Shown one piece after another: positions 1-12,085 of a DNA stretch of 64,000 nt; the first letter of the stretch is position 1; the number at the start of each line of letters is the position of its first letter. Where the stretch lies: the NCBI RefSeq assembly GCF_008831285.2, contig NC_045138.2, positions 4,464,001-4,528,000 of the forward strand, in the 5' to 3' direction. This stretch comes from Nymphaea colorata. Taxonomy: Eukaryota. The notes beneath the pieces were generated by a model that searched no databases, had not been told where the DNA came from, and saw nothing but the letters and a program-made list of their open reading frames with translations. The translations under genes were made by a program, and so were the position numbers.

Positions 1-440
1 AATAATTTTAAATATAATTTTTTTAAATATAAAATATTTTTAATAATAAATTATATATTTTTAATAAAATAAAAACATTTATTATTTATTATTGGGTCAA
101 GTACCGGGTACCCAACTTGGATGCTCGCTCTAGGCATCTGTTGCTTAGTTTGATCTAGTGGTCTCATCCATGGTGGCTGCTTCTCCAACGACACAACCAC
201 AATTATTATTATCACTACTACTATTACTACTATTTTTTATATTTTATTTTCCCTCATTTTTTTCTTTTTTAGTTATTATTATTATTATTATTTATTTGTT
301 ATTTTTTTCAATATAGCAGACTGGGGGGAGTTTAACTGTTCATACATGAAACACGAGCTGGACAAGGATTCTCTGCCCTCTCTACAATTCACTTATTGTT
401 GTATTATACATTTATTTATTTGGTTTGTTTCATGTTACCG

Positions 441-611
441 CAGTGGCGGAGCCTTAAATTTTTTTGGCGGAAGGACATTATTTCAAAGATTTTCATTTTC
501 TACAAGATACTAATATATATACAAAAAAATATTTAAAGGCACCTGTATGCAATAAAAGAAATTGGAATTGGTGTTGCCCACATCAACCAATAATATGTAG
601 CTCTGCCACTG
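441..611. mobile_element. Short non-autonomous DNA transposon (MITE) with CAGTGGCGGAGC-type termini
   Basis: CAGTGGCGGAGC at 441 and GCTCTGCCACTG ending 611 are inverted (1 mismatch) around an AT-rich core. Related termini recur near 17480, 17950 and 21680-21944. No intact TSD seen. Confidence 0.55.
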
Positions 612-1063
612 GCCCACAGTGACTGAGGATGGTTGCAGGGCGCACGCCCGAGCGCAGCCTGCTCTGTTTGGGGCTGGAGTCAGGCCCAACCTTTTTTAGC
701 CCGTGAGCTGCAACTGCTGCTCGGCCCGATGCTCAGTCCCAATTAAATCACTAAAGCCCCAACCAGGGTTAGTTTGAAAATTAGGAATGAAATAAAGTTA
801 TGAGTTTACATGTAACTGACTCTGCCGACAAAGTTAGCCCGTAACCCAACCTGTATTTTACTGGGGCCAAGAGGGCCCATAACGGACGGCTTGGCCTTGA
901 TGTGCTAGTTACCGGCTGACCTGACTTGATCAATGGCTAGTGACCAATGGCAGAACTACATGTAGGCTTTGTGTGGGAAGTTGCTCATAATTTTACAATT
1001 CATTTATTTATATATTGGTTGACCTACTAAGAACTTAAGAGCATGTTTTAGTGCTGTGCATGA

Positions 1064-1656
1064 AACCTTTCATTCGCCTAAAGTGCAGAGCTTACTTTCG
1101 GTGTCTCGAGGTGCTGCCCTTACCATGCTTCAACTTATATGTTAGTGTCCTCCCTTTATTCTTTTTGTTGAACTGGAAGAGTATATCATCCTATCACCCT
1201 CAAAAGAGTCAAAACACTTGTCTAACATTTCATTCGCCTAAAGTGCAGAGCTTACTTTCGGTGTCTCGAGGTGCTGCCCTTACCATGCTTCAACTTATAT
1301 GTTAGTGTCCTTCCTTTAAAATACAAAGAGTTGATATTCTGATAACATGCTTCAACTTGCATATTTATTATTTATATATAACTTTATTCAATCATTTAAA
1401 TATATATTTGAATTGTGCTCAAAGTCCCTAATAAGGTTGGTTCAATGGTCAAGTAGTTGCCGTTTCGAATTATCAGAATATCAACTCTTTGTACTTTAAA
1501 GGGAGGACACTAACATATAAGTTGAAGCATGGTAAGGGCAGCACCTCGAGACACCGAAAGTAAGCTCTGCACTTTAGGCGAATGAAAGGTTAGACAAGTG
1601 TTTTGACTCTTTTGAGGGTGATAGGATGAAATACTCTTCCAGTTCAACAAAAAGAA
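1064..1656. repeat. Near-perfect inverted repeat (fold-back) plus an extra inverted copy
   Basis: 1159-1345 is the reverse complement of 1470-1656 (187 bp, 4 mismatches by hand alignment; 124-nt spacer). 1064-1158 is an exact reverse complement of 1497-1591 (95 bp). Confidence 0.95.
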
Positions 1657-2117
1657 AGAAGTATTTTATATAAAAATGAAGCTTTGTACTAATTTTTGAA
1701 AATTAGTGTAATTGAGTGTCACACCTAATCAATCATTTAAATATATATTTGAAGGACTTAGATTGTGCTTGAAATCCTTGAAGGGGTTGGTGCAATGGTC
1801 AGGACGGAGGTTGATAGACAACTAGTTACCGTTTCGAATCCTTAAACATCAACTCTGTATGTAGTAAAGAGAAGTCACTGATATGCAAGTTAAAGCATGG
1901 TGGGGCCAGCACCGCAAAGCACTAAAAGCAGCCCTTGCACTTTAAGTGGACGAAGGGTTGGACAGATATTTCGACTCTGTTCAGGATAGTAAGATGAAAT
2001 ATTCTTTCTGTTCACCTAAAAAAAAAAGGTCATTTATATAAGACTAAAGTTTTGTTAAAACTTACTTTTTAACTCATTTTTTAAAATTAGTCAGTGTAAT
2101 TTTGTGTTGCATCCAAT
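1388..2117 (+). repeat. Diverged tandem duplication, each unit containing a SINE
   Basis: Units 1388-1728 and 1729-2117 both begin TCAATCATTTAAATATATATTTGAA and remain colinear through the SINE body and 3' flank. Confidence 0.85.
1782..2027 (+). mobile_element. tRNA-derived SINE
   Basis: Pol III A box TGGTGCAATGG (1788-1798), B box GTTTCGAATCC (1831-1841), ~180-nt body and A-tail ending ~2027. The sister copy at ~1434-1656 has a deletion between the boxes. Confidence 0.7.
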
Positions 2118-2501
2118 GACAGCATTGTCCATGAAAAAACTAAAAGGATAAAGTTATTTACTCCTTTTTGAAGATATAGTTTTGTCAAAACTGGTTTTTT
2201 CATAACTTTCAGCTAAATGTGCCCAAACAATATTTTGAAGGGAAAATAGTGTTTTACATACAAAACTCTATTTTAAGATGCCATCCAAACACACCCTATT
2301 GTTTTTAAAATTTATGCTTCTTAAGCAAACATTTATAATTTTACAATTCCACCTTGATAGCAGCACATTTTTTTTGTCACATGATTTCTCTAAATGGATT
2401 TGGATTTTATTGCTGTGCATGAACCCAGACATGCATAGTGGACCTTCATCTGAGGCATAAGTAAGTCTTCATTAGATTTACTAAAATATCCAACTGATGT
2501 T

Positions 2502-2678
2502 GGGGTTGTTTGACAATAGTAGCACATTATTACGGTCTTATAAATAGTAAGAGATCATTATTATCTTATAAATGTGTACAAAAAAATGTAACAGATTCAT
2601 ATAATACCAACTTTTCATGAATTTACTCTATTTTTTGATAAATATTCATATAATGTGTTCTTATTGCCAAACGACTTC
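2502..2678. mobile_element. Tourist/Harbinger-like MITE
   Basis: GGGGTTGTTTGACAATA at the start and TATTGCCAAACGAC near the end form imperfect TIRs around an AT-rich core. Confidence 0.45.
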
Positions 2679-4730
2679 TAAAGGAATATTCATTTATTTG
2701 CAACAAATTCACGAGACTCTCATAAGAGAACACATGTTTATATTTGGGTTATGGAGAAGGATTGAAAAGCCTTGGGCGATGGCAAACTTGAAATAAAAGG
2801 TTCATTGTGAAGATAAAATAGGAAAAAAAAAGTAGAAAAGTGATTCCAAAACTTGGAGAAAAGAATAAAAATGGGAAAGAGGAGCACATGGTTCCTCTTC
2901 ACCAGGGCTGAGCACCAAACCTTGTCTTAAACCACAACTAGTGGAGTCCAATCTGTCTTGATGCAGTGACCAATCAAAGAGTGCCACGTGTCAGATATTT
3001 TTTTATTTTACATATATGTTTAAATAAAATAGGATATAACTTTAGTATATTTCATTTTTCAGGTGTTTACATATTTAGGTATAAATTTTGGCTGCAAATA
3101 AAGATGAAAATAAAGAGAAGCCTATATCGTATCAAAATTCAAATTTTAAGTTTCAATCTGAATCCCATTTTTATTGTCACATCTGAATTCACTTTTAAAT
3201 ACGTAGGAATTCCGGCCACATCATGATATGTTAACAACAGACTGATATTGGGCATGACATATTTATTTGAAACTGAATTAAGAACTGGGATTCGATTGGA
3301 TATTAGAATTGAATATGAGTATGATCAAATATCAATTATTATGTCTAAAATTCAATCTGATTTCCCACATATATATACCATTTTGATAAGAGACAAGAAA
3401 TAAACCCACTGGAAATAATTATAAAAATGATATTTGTGGTAATTTAACCTTAAAAATGTGATTTTAGTAGCCATTTGATGAGGAACATGTAATAAGTTAG
3501 CCATTCTTTTACTTTAATAATGTTTAAAGAAGGAACGGCTCTTATAGCACCATAATTGTAGTGGTAGAAAAGAAAATCAAATTTTTAAAAGATAACTTTA
3601 ACTACGACATGATCCATACTAAACTAATGCTTACGATCACAATGAAATGTTCTAATTTTGTTTAAAATAATTTTCAACGGTCTGATTTTTATTTCTTATA
3701 CAATGGGCCCGGTATTACCATTTTTTTTCACTCTTTATATATATAATATATAAAAGAGTTATCTCCTCCGTCCCTTTTTCTCTTCCCCTCTCACTGCCCT
3801 TGGCCCTCCCGCCGTCGCCCCCCGATGGCCGCTAGGTTGTGGCACCCACCCAAGCCCCGACGGGGCTCGCTGGCCATGGGCCATGGCAGGGATGGTTGGA
3901 GAAAGCCTCTACTCAACGTGGGTGGAGGGAAGCGGGTGAAGAGCCGCGACAAGCTTCCCGGCATGCTGGTAGAATCTCCTACCTTCGTCTAGTGACGGAG
4001 CCAGAAAAATTGATTGGAGGAAAACTTGTTTAAACAAACTCAAATTTGGTGGAGCATATTTAAGATTTCTATTTAAAAATAAAAAAGCTTTTGAGAGGCT
4101 GGGGTGGGCAACTGCCCACATCAGTCACAATCTGCCTTCGTTGGCGGGCCGACTGGGGCTCCGCGGAGCTGGTGATAGGATGGAATATTCGTCGAGTTTC
4201 TCCGTTACGTCCGTTTGATCTCCGACCGGTTTGCTGGTAGTGGTGAGAGATGAGAAACATAGTAAAAACATATCAATATACGAGCTTGAATTAGTACTCA
4301 AACTTGACTTTGTTCAACAAGTTACAAGGAGACTCTAAAGCCAAGTTTGAATTGGTTGAGCACATCTTTAGACGTATACGTATTTGAAAAATGTTCACCT
4401 TCGATAGTCTCGTTGGCTAATAAAACATTTTGATCAATGTGTGTGGAGCTTTTTCCTATTTTATTTAAAAATATATTCATAAATATTTTGAAATGGTTAA
4501 ATTTCAAACCCTCTTGGTATCCATAAAACTATATACTGTTGAGGTCGGTAGACTCGTATATGAACAACATTGACGGCCAACCTAATCCCGAGCATCGAGT
4601 TAATCAGGAACAACGTAACTGAATGAAAAGTTGCGAGGGCCGGCCCGGCAGAACGTGACTGCAACCCACCTTTGGCTCGGCTTCATCGAAATAAAGTGTA
4701 TTTTTAATACAATTTAATATTATATATAAT

Positions 4731-4735
<5 letters not shown>

Positions 4736-4780
<45 letters not shown>
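4736..4780. repeat. (TA)n microsatellite
   Basis: Uninterrupted TA run. Confidence 0.95.
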
Positions 4781-4784
<4 letters not shown>

Positions 4785-4884
4785 TAAAATAGTCTTAAAA
4801 ATAACTTTTAGAGCTAACGCCAACCCAATGCCCAATTTTAAGGTGCAAGTACCAGGTGTTCCTGAGTTACCAACTACTTAAATC

Positions 4885-5339
4885 TAGGGGTGAACAACGT
4901 GTCAAGCTACTCAAGCTTTACTTGTTAGTCGAGTCATTTGCTTAACGAGTCGAGCTCGAGCTCATGAGTCAACTTGTTAAAATAATCGAGTTGAGTTCGA
5001 ACTCAACATGAACTGCCGAGTCGAGCTCGAGCCTTAATCGTGTTTGTCGACCCTTAATCGAGCCTATATATTCAAACAAGTTTACGAGTGTGTCAAGCAT
5101 TAATCGAGCTCGAGTACGCACTCAACACATAACGATGAATATCAATTTTATTTAAACGAGTTTGTGGAACTTTAATCGAGTTGAGCTCTAGCTCAACACG
5201 TAATGATGAATATCAATTCTATTCGAATCGAGCTCGAGCTACTTCCGTTGAGCTATTCTGGAGCTCAAAGTTTCATTAGTAGAGCCGAGCTCGAACTGAT
5301 TGAAGTCGGGCTCGACTCGGGCTCTCGTGTGCACCCCTA
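4885..5339. mobile_element. hAT-like non-autonomous element rich in TCGAGCTCGA motifs
   Basis: Termini TAGGGGTGAACA...TGTGCACCCCTA; interior full of CGAGCTCG/TCGAGT motifs. An oppositely oriented copy lies at 21068-21579. No intact 8-bp TSD. Confidence 0.7.
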
Positions 5340-5515
5340 ACTGAACCCCGTCCTAAGTGGACCAGTTTATGGACCGAGCTCGGGTCCAAAATCCCAAACC
5401 GCTTCGTGATCGAATCGGAAAACTGACATAATGGGAAAAATCCGAGTCGCCTCCTTCCGGATGACAGTGCGTCCGACACTCCACGCGGAGCTGAAAAATC
5501 AGCCACCAACTGCAC

Positions 5516-5582
5516 GCCACGTGTTAGAAATGCCCAATTGAATTCCGCCACGTAAGCAAAGCCACGTTGCCGTTCATATATA
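5516..5582 (+). promoter_or_regulatory. Cluster of three GCCACGT (G-box/ABRE-type) motifs followed by TATATA
   Basis: GCCACGTGT 5516-5524, GCCACGTAA 5547-5555, GCCACGTTG 5561-5569, TATATA 5577-5582, inside a CpG-rich patch. Confidence 0.45.
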
Positions 5583-8500
5583 GCTCGACATCTTGCCAGC
5601 TGGCACCTGAAGGGTCGTCATCCGTCCCGCAACGTCCTGCGCTCCCAGCGGTAGGGGGAATGTCGTAAAAGGCTCCCAAACATCCAACAAATGACAAACA
5701 CGGCCTGGACACCCAAAAAATTTCATTATTACTCTTAAATAAAAATTAATGGGAGACTTTATTTTCTCTCGTTATCAGTTTTAATTAAACAAAATTAATC
5801 AGCACCATCAATCTATTCCGGAATTGAAACTTGGGGAATATAACATTAGTTCATTAGCATCTGCACCATAGGTGGCGGCGGTGGCGGCGGCAACAGTACC
5901 TAACTAATTAGGACATATAGAACCATAACCTTTGGTCATCTACTTAAACATAATATGAGTCACCATCCTTTCCTGATCTATCACGCCTCTGTCTTTTTCG
6001 TTAACAAAGAGCTAAAAAGTCTGCCAAGTTGCTTAATCCCGACGAATTTAGGTCATGTGATTGCTTAGGGGATTAATTTTTTGCTAATCACATGTACATT
6101 TTTTTTTTCTAATAAGATCAAAGACTGAAATTGGCCTCTTTAAATTAATTGGGTTGTGCAGAAAAGCAAGGCAATGAAGTCATTTTATGAAGCCTTTAAG
6201 GGCATTGAAAGAACACCCAATAAACATGCCACATGGGTTGTCAAAAGAGTTAGGCATGTTCTCTCCTTTCTCTCTCTTCTTAAATCGAAAAATTGACTCT
6301 CGGGGGCCCTCATTTTTTTTTTCTAAGAGCAATAATAGAAGCCACCAAACCCTAATTGGGGAAGGCAGAGAGAAGGGGGTCAGTATTGGCACCAAAGAGA
6401 AAAAAAAGAAATATTGAATGGAGAGAGAGAGAAGGAACAGTTGTTTAGGAAGAGTTCCACTTTTCCTTGCCTCTCCTCCTTTTCTTTCCAAAGTTTCCTT
6501 CTTCCTTAACACCTACCCATTTATAACTATTCTCTCATTTCTCACCTCCTACACCCCTCTTTAGATAGAAGACCCTAAAAGCACCATTCTAACTTGGGTC
6601 TCCCTCCTTCCTCCTTCTCAGGTATGAGCCACCCTTCTTCTTTCTCTTTGCTTTTCATGGTCCTTATTTTCTTATAGTTTTCCAAGTTTCAGACTTGTAA
6701 CTGGTCCAACGCCTCCTATTATATATATCGAGAGAGGAAGAGAAAGAGAGAGGAGGGGGGCCATGTGTAAACATTTCTGTTTCTGTTCTTAAATACTTTG
6801 ATGGTGTCTTGTGCATGTTGTTATGGTTTGTGTGGGAGCATCTGCCCTTGTGTTTGTTTGGTGTGTTGGGCGACAAGTTGCAGAGGGATATGTCCATAAA
6901 GAAAGAGCTTAGGTAGATAGCCCGCTGCTAAAATAAGAAATCTGTTGAGAAAGAGGATGCCCATGTGAAGAGGATGCTGCTGTTGAGGAGGGAAGAAGAA
7001 GAACCCACTTTCTGGTGGTAGGAAGGAGGAAAGCAGCTCCGTCACATGCAATTTCTGGGGTCGCCATTATTTTTTGGGGGGTGGTCTGTTGCAGAAAAGA
7101 GAGAGAGAGAGAAGCCTTGGATCCCCTTTACGCCAACTCTGTCTTCTGCCCTCTTCTCCCAACCCTTTCTGCCACGAATATAAAAAAAAAAAGTTTTCGT
7201 ACTGAGTGGCTCGTATTCCTAGTTTTTTGACTCGATCATATTACGGACCTCGATAATATATATATACATATATATATAATTTTATTCTTTATTAAGAAAT
7301 TGCTTTGGCCCTTCAAATTTAAACTTGTAAAGTGTGCATATTTACTTTTCGGAAAATGTGTTCGCCTTTTCTGCAGTTGTCAAAAGCGAAGCTTACTTTT
7401 AAAAGCAACTGTATCTTTTTTAAAGTTGCATTTTTTTTTTCAAAAATGTTCTTTTATGTATATATATATAAAGAAAAAAAAAGAAAAAAACCAATCCTGA
7501 GTAAAATTGCGTAATTGGGGGTGGCTAAGACTGGCTATCTCAGATAGTTTGGCCATTAGCTCCACGCACACAGAGATTTAAAGTGAGGAAAATGACTCCA
7601 AATTCAAGAAATAGCAGCTCACCGACATTACATGGTCTTTTCCATCTAATTCTCTCATTGGAGTTGGTGAAAGTTGTCTCTTTAGCTAAAATCCACACAC
7701 CAGTTTTTCTTGGGACTTGATAAACAAAACCAAATAATATTTTTCCTCAACCTGGGGGATGTATTTAGTGCACCCAATATCCCAAGATAGAGAGATAACT
7801 TGGGGCAAACTGGCTTCTCAAAGTTCAAGCACACAGTACCTTCTTCTTCTTCTGCATAAGTAGGTGCACTCAGACACTACCTTGGTATACAGCAAGATAT
7901 ATGTTTTTTTAATACTACTGTTCAGTCTTGGAAGACAGAAGACATGGCATTCATGTCAATAGGACCTGCAAGAAAAAAGTATGAGTCGCCATCAAATAGA
8001 GCAAGTGTGAACACAGTGTTACTGTATGCTGCATAATTATTTAACAAAATATGTATTGTTTATTTCTACAGTTCAATCTTATGTCACGATCTCTTTTAAG
8101 TTTAAATTTCAAACATATTAGGTAGTAAGTAGATGGTTAGGTGGCACTATCACAATCAAGGTCCAAAGTGGTCAAAATCAGCCTGAATCTGCTGATTTGG
8201 ATTGAATAGTAGCAAATAGATTCGATTCACCACCCATCCAAAGGTGCAACATGCGCTGCATTATTTTTCTGTAATTATTTTTAGCCTTTTTAAGTTCTTA
8301 TTTATATATGTAGATACAAAATGTTAATATCAACTTTTATTCATTTTTTGATTTACATGACACTGGTACGGTTCAAACTTCAAACATATGGTAACACTGG
8401 TGTGAAGGACAGAAAGCCAAGGATGCTCACCTTTTACTGTCCTTGGAGAAATATTTACTTCTTTTTGTTTGAGTTGCAGAGCCATGCCACCATACAACAA

Positions 8501-8819
8501 AACGTTTCCTCTTTTGATAATGGAAATCTTGTCACAGTCCCAAAAACAAATGACCTGTTCACATGTCAAATTGATGAAAATGATATAAATTTGACAATGA
8601 AACATGACAGCTGTCTCCTGCCACTTGTGAAGTTAACAGAAACTCTGTGTCTGAAACCTCCCCCACCTTTGCACATAAGTCCACTGCTGCCCCTTATTCT
8701 GTACAACTGGCAGCATGAGATGCTAGCCATTGGATTCTATTCTGGGTAGATTACCATATCACCACTCTTGGCTCTATCTTGGATAGATTGCCTTCTCTTC
8801 CCAGAAGTAGCTGTAGCAG

Positions 8820-8821
<2 letters not shown>

Positions 8822-8860
<39 letters not shown>
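8822..8860. repeat. (CT)n microsatellite upstream of the GATA start codon
   Basis: Pure CT run. Confidence 0.95.
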
Positions 8861-8864
<4 letters not shown>

Positions 8865-8910
8865 CTGTCCTTCTGTTTATGCATTGCAATAACAAGAAAA
8901 ATGTGTGGCC

Positions 8911-9716
8911 ATGGCAGAAAAGATGGCACTAGATCACATTGACAGCAGAAGCTCCCTGAAAGAAGATTGGAAGCCCTTTTACTCCCACAACATGGAAAGC
9001 TTCTTTGACTTCTCCTTGGATGAGATTGAAGAGCTAAACATGGAAAACGAAGATTGTGGCACAGATCTTCAGCTAGATGCTGCAGAGGGCGACCTACCAA
9101 TTGAGAAGTACTGCATTCCTGTGAGTTTGTCCTTAAGAGTCTCCCGAATGCACTCTCTTTTATCATCCCAACCCACATTATTCCACTGGCAGGGGTCTTG
9201 GTCTTTTTGCAGATGGACTCGCTCACTGAGCTAGGATGGGACCTCCATAAGGACTCTCAGCTGCAATGGGGCACCCCAGGAGCCACTGAGCATGTACCCA
9301 GATCAACATTTGTTCACAATTTTCAAGCTCCGGTCAAGGCAAGGAGCAAGGGACTGCAGACGGGGCGGAGGGTGTGGTCACTGAACGTCTCGTTCGGCAA
9401 CTCATGGCAAGTGGTATCCGACGATAGAGACAAACCTGCCATCGGGAAGGAGAACTTGGAAAGCAGCTTTCCAGCGGCAGCAGCTCAACAGGGAGGAGCA
9501 CGCAGGTGCAGCCACTGCCTCTCAGAGAAAACTCCACAGTGGAGAATGGGGCCACTAGGACCCAAGACGCTCTGCAATGCCTGCGGCGTGCGCTACAAAT
9601 CGGGCCGGTTGCTGCCGGAATATCGACCTGCTGCGAGCCCTACTTTTGTATCGACTGTGCACTCCAATAGTCATAGAAAAGTGATGGAAATGAGGAGAAA
9701 GAAGGGATCATTTTGA
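8911..9716 (+). CDS. GATA transcription factor, class A (GATA5/6/7-like), ~237 aa
   Basis: Exons 8911-9120 and 9213-9716; GT-AG phase-0 intron (cct|gtgagt...ttgcag|atg). Zinc finger CSHC-X18-CNAC ([39 protein letters not shown]...[12 protein letters not shown]), with class A motifs [12 protein letters not shown] and PVKARSK...RVWSL. Start could alternatively be ATG 8923. Confidence 0.93.
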
Positions 9717-10764
9717 ATATTTATTCCCAATTTTGGTAGAATATCTCTACTGACGGTTTACAAATCAAGTACAGATAGGTTAAATACATTTTTTCCCTAG
9801 TTATGCACAAACCCACAATGGCTATCTCCTTCAGCGCCAGAAAAGAGTCTGCACTAGATACTTCACTTGCTGGCATGCCATTAAACCTTCCTAGACTAAG
9901 AATGTGAAGGTAGCAGCACCTAGGGACGGAAGCTTGGAAAAAGTCTCCTGTGGAAGACAACAGTCTTTCTCTCTTTCTTTCTCGCTGTGGAATAGACCAA
10001 CACAGATTTCAATAAAATGCTAAAAACGGAGTGCAGCAAAGACATGCTACTGTAAGGATTCTCAACAGGTTGACCATCGCCATCTGTTTCTCCATCTACA
10101 AGAGCTAGTAGCTCAGATTGCACATAATGCTGTTTCCTCTACCATAGTGTCTGATTACAAGGTGTTCCAGAAAAAAAGCAGCATAAATGTTGAAGCTCCA
10201 AGTCCAGCATGGAACTCGAATTTTGGCCATGAAAATGCGTTCCAAATCTATAAAATAAAGTCCAAATTAGAATAAGCCCGTCGGTTTTGCTTACTGCCAG
10301 AGTAGCCTGTCGTAGCTAAACAGTCGAGGAAACAAAAGAAGCGGTGAGCAGCTTCTAATGCACTTTTTTGTCCCAGATCCAAGCCATTTCGGGCATTAAT
10401 TCTGACCAAACAAAGCGGGGTCAGCCGGCCACCTTAAATGTCCATATTCGTGCAAATCTTGTTGCCGTCTCTGGTGCATTTTGCTCTTGATGCTAACAGC
10501 AGCTGAAAAACAACTTTGAAACCGGCGTAAAGGACAACATAAACATATTTTTGGTACAATGTGCAAGAGTTATTCATACGAGGGAAGCATTCCTGTCGCA
10601 TTAAACTGGCTTTCACAATTTGAAAAGAAAAGTAGCCAGTGGAACCATACTCTCATAAGCAAGAAATCATTGAAACCATTCTATTTGATAATACAAATTG
10701 ATTCTACAATCTACAGGGTAAGCTGAAAGGTTCGGTTCTCTTATATCAACAATCTTTACACCCT

Positions 10765-12048
10765 TTAATCTCCAAGTGGTGCCTCTTGGTTTTCATCCTT
10801 ATCCTTGACAGTATAGCGATGACCAACAACATCTGAACCAGCAACCTGAAGCAGTTTTCTCTTTTTAACATGGTGCAATGCAGTTTGTCTGTCAGACTCT
10901 GCTTCCTCTAGATCTGGCTATAAACACAATAAAAGATCCAAATTCAATAAAACAAATAGCGAAACAAAGTAAGAAGAATAAAATTATTTCAAATCAGTGA
11001 GTAACCACACTAGCGGACTGTGGATCCACTTGAAATCTCAATACTGTTGATCACTAAACCAATGAACACGCTTGAATTGCAAGATGAAAACTCATGCCAA
11101 CCTTGATGGACAAAGCCTTGTCAAAGCTTTCAATGGATGCTTCAGGCTCACCAAAATTTAGTTGTGCTCTGCCAAGTGTCACCCAGGCCTAGATAACAAA
11201 TTATCACATCATATAAGACTTAACTTCTAAAGAGTATGACCACCACAAACTTCAGACTATGACAATGCAACATGGCATGCCTTCACGGATGACACAGTGG
11301 TAGGTGGAACTTGGAAACCAGATTTGCTTTCAGAAAGCTTATAAGAAAATGATTTCAGCCGAAGGAACAGATAAATTATACAACACCCGCATGCTGGGCC
11401 ATTTGAAGAACCCATGACACATCAAATACTTTGCTAAGAAATATGTATATATTCAAAATCTAAACGTTTCCAATTTAGTTTTCCTTTCTGGTTTTTGTGC
11501 CATTTGTTGCTAATGTCTTCCTCAGGATAAATACTTAACAATCTAATTATCATAAATGCAAACCCCTAACACTCTGTGGGTGAATATGCTCTTTTTGAAT
11601 CCCTTGGAGAAGAAAAACAAACTAGTAAGATTATTATTCAGCAAATACAGGAGAGGGATGAATTAGTTGAAGCAGAAAAAAGAAATCCACCAACCATTTA
11701 TAGAACAAGCTACAAAAAAGTTCATGTAAGGACCAGCAGGGTAGTCTGAAGTGTTTTTTTCCACTGCAGGTAGTGTAAAGTGCTACCCAGAGGCCAGAAC
11801 CTTTAAAGCACCGAGCTACCAAAGAAGGGTCCAAACTGGCAGGTAGTTCCAGTCAAGGAGGATCGCTACATTCTAATAAGATGAACCAAAAATTAAGAAA
11901 GGATTGCAGAGGCCTGAAGACTCTGCACGGTACAGTCATGTTGCTCAAAAAGATCTCTGGTCCATCCCAGAGAATGGAAACGGTAGGTTAGCAACTAAGT
12001 TTGTAGCTATAACTTCTGGAGGTGACCACAATGGAAATAAGTGGGGAG

Positions 12049-12085
<37 letters not shown>

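Noticed and set aside
1051..1305. 84-aa ORF
   Set aside because: Lies wholly within inverted SINE copies, starts at GTG and has no recognisable domain.
1064..1656. CRISPR-like repeat/spacer pattern
   Set aside because: Repeats are 95-187 bp and inverted, with no regular spacers or cas genes; eukaryotic context.
5276..5712. Minus-strand ORFs of 91 and 62 aa
   Set aside because: Overlap a MITE end and a GC-rich regulatory patch; non-ATG starts and no motifs.
6821..7051. Possible MIRNA precursor (AAGAGGATGC twice)
   Set aside because: The repeat is direct rather than inverted, and no conserved plant miRNA was recognised.
8321..8749. 142-aa ORF upstream of GATA
   Set aside because: AT-rich intron/UTR-like composition, no recognisable domain, and no splice link to the GATA frame.
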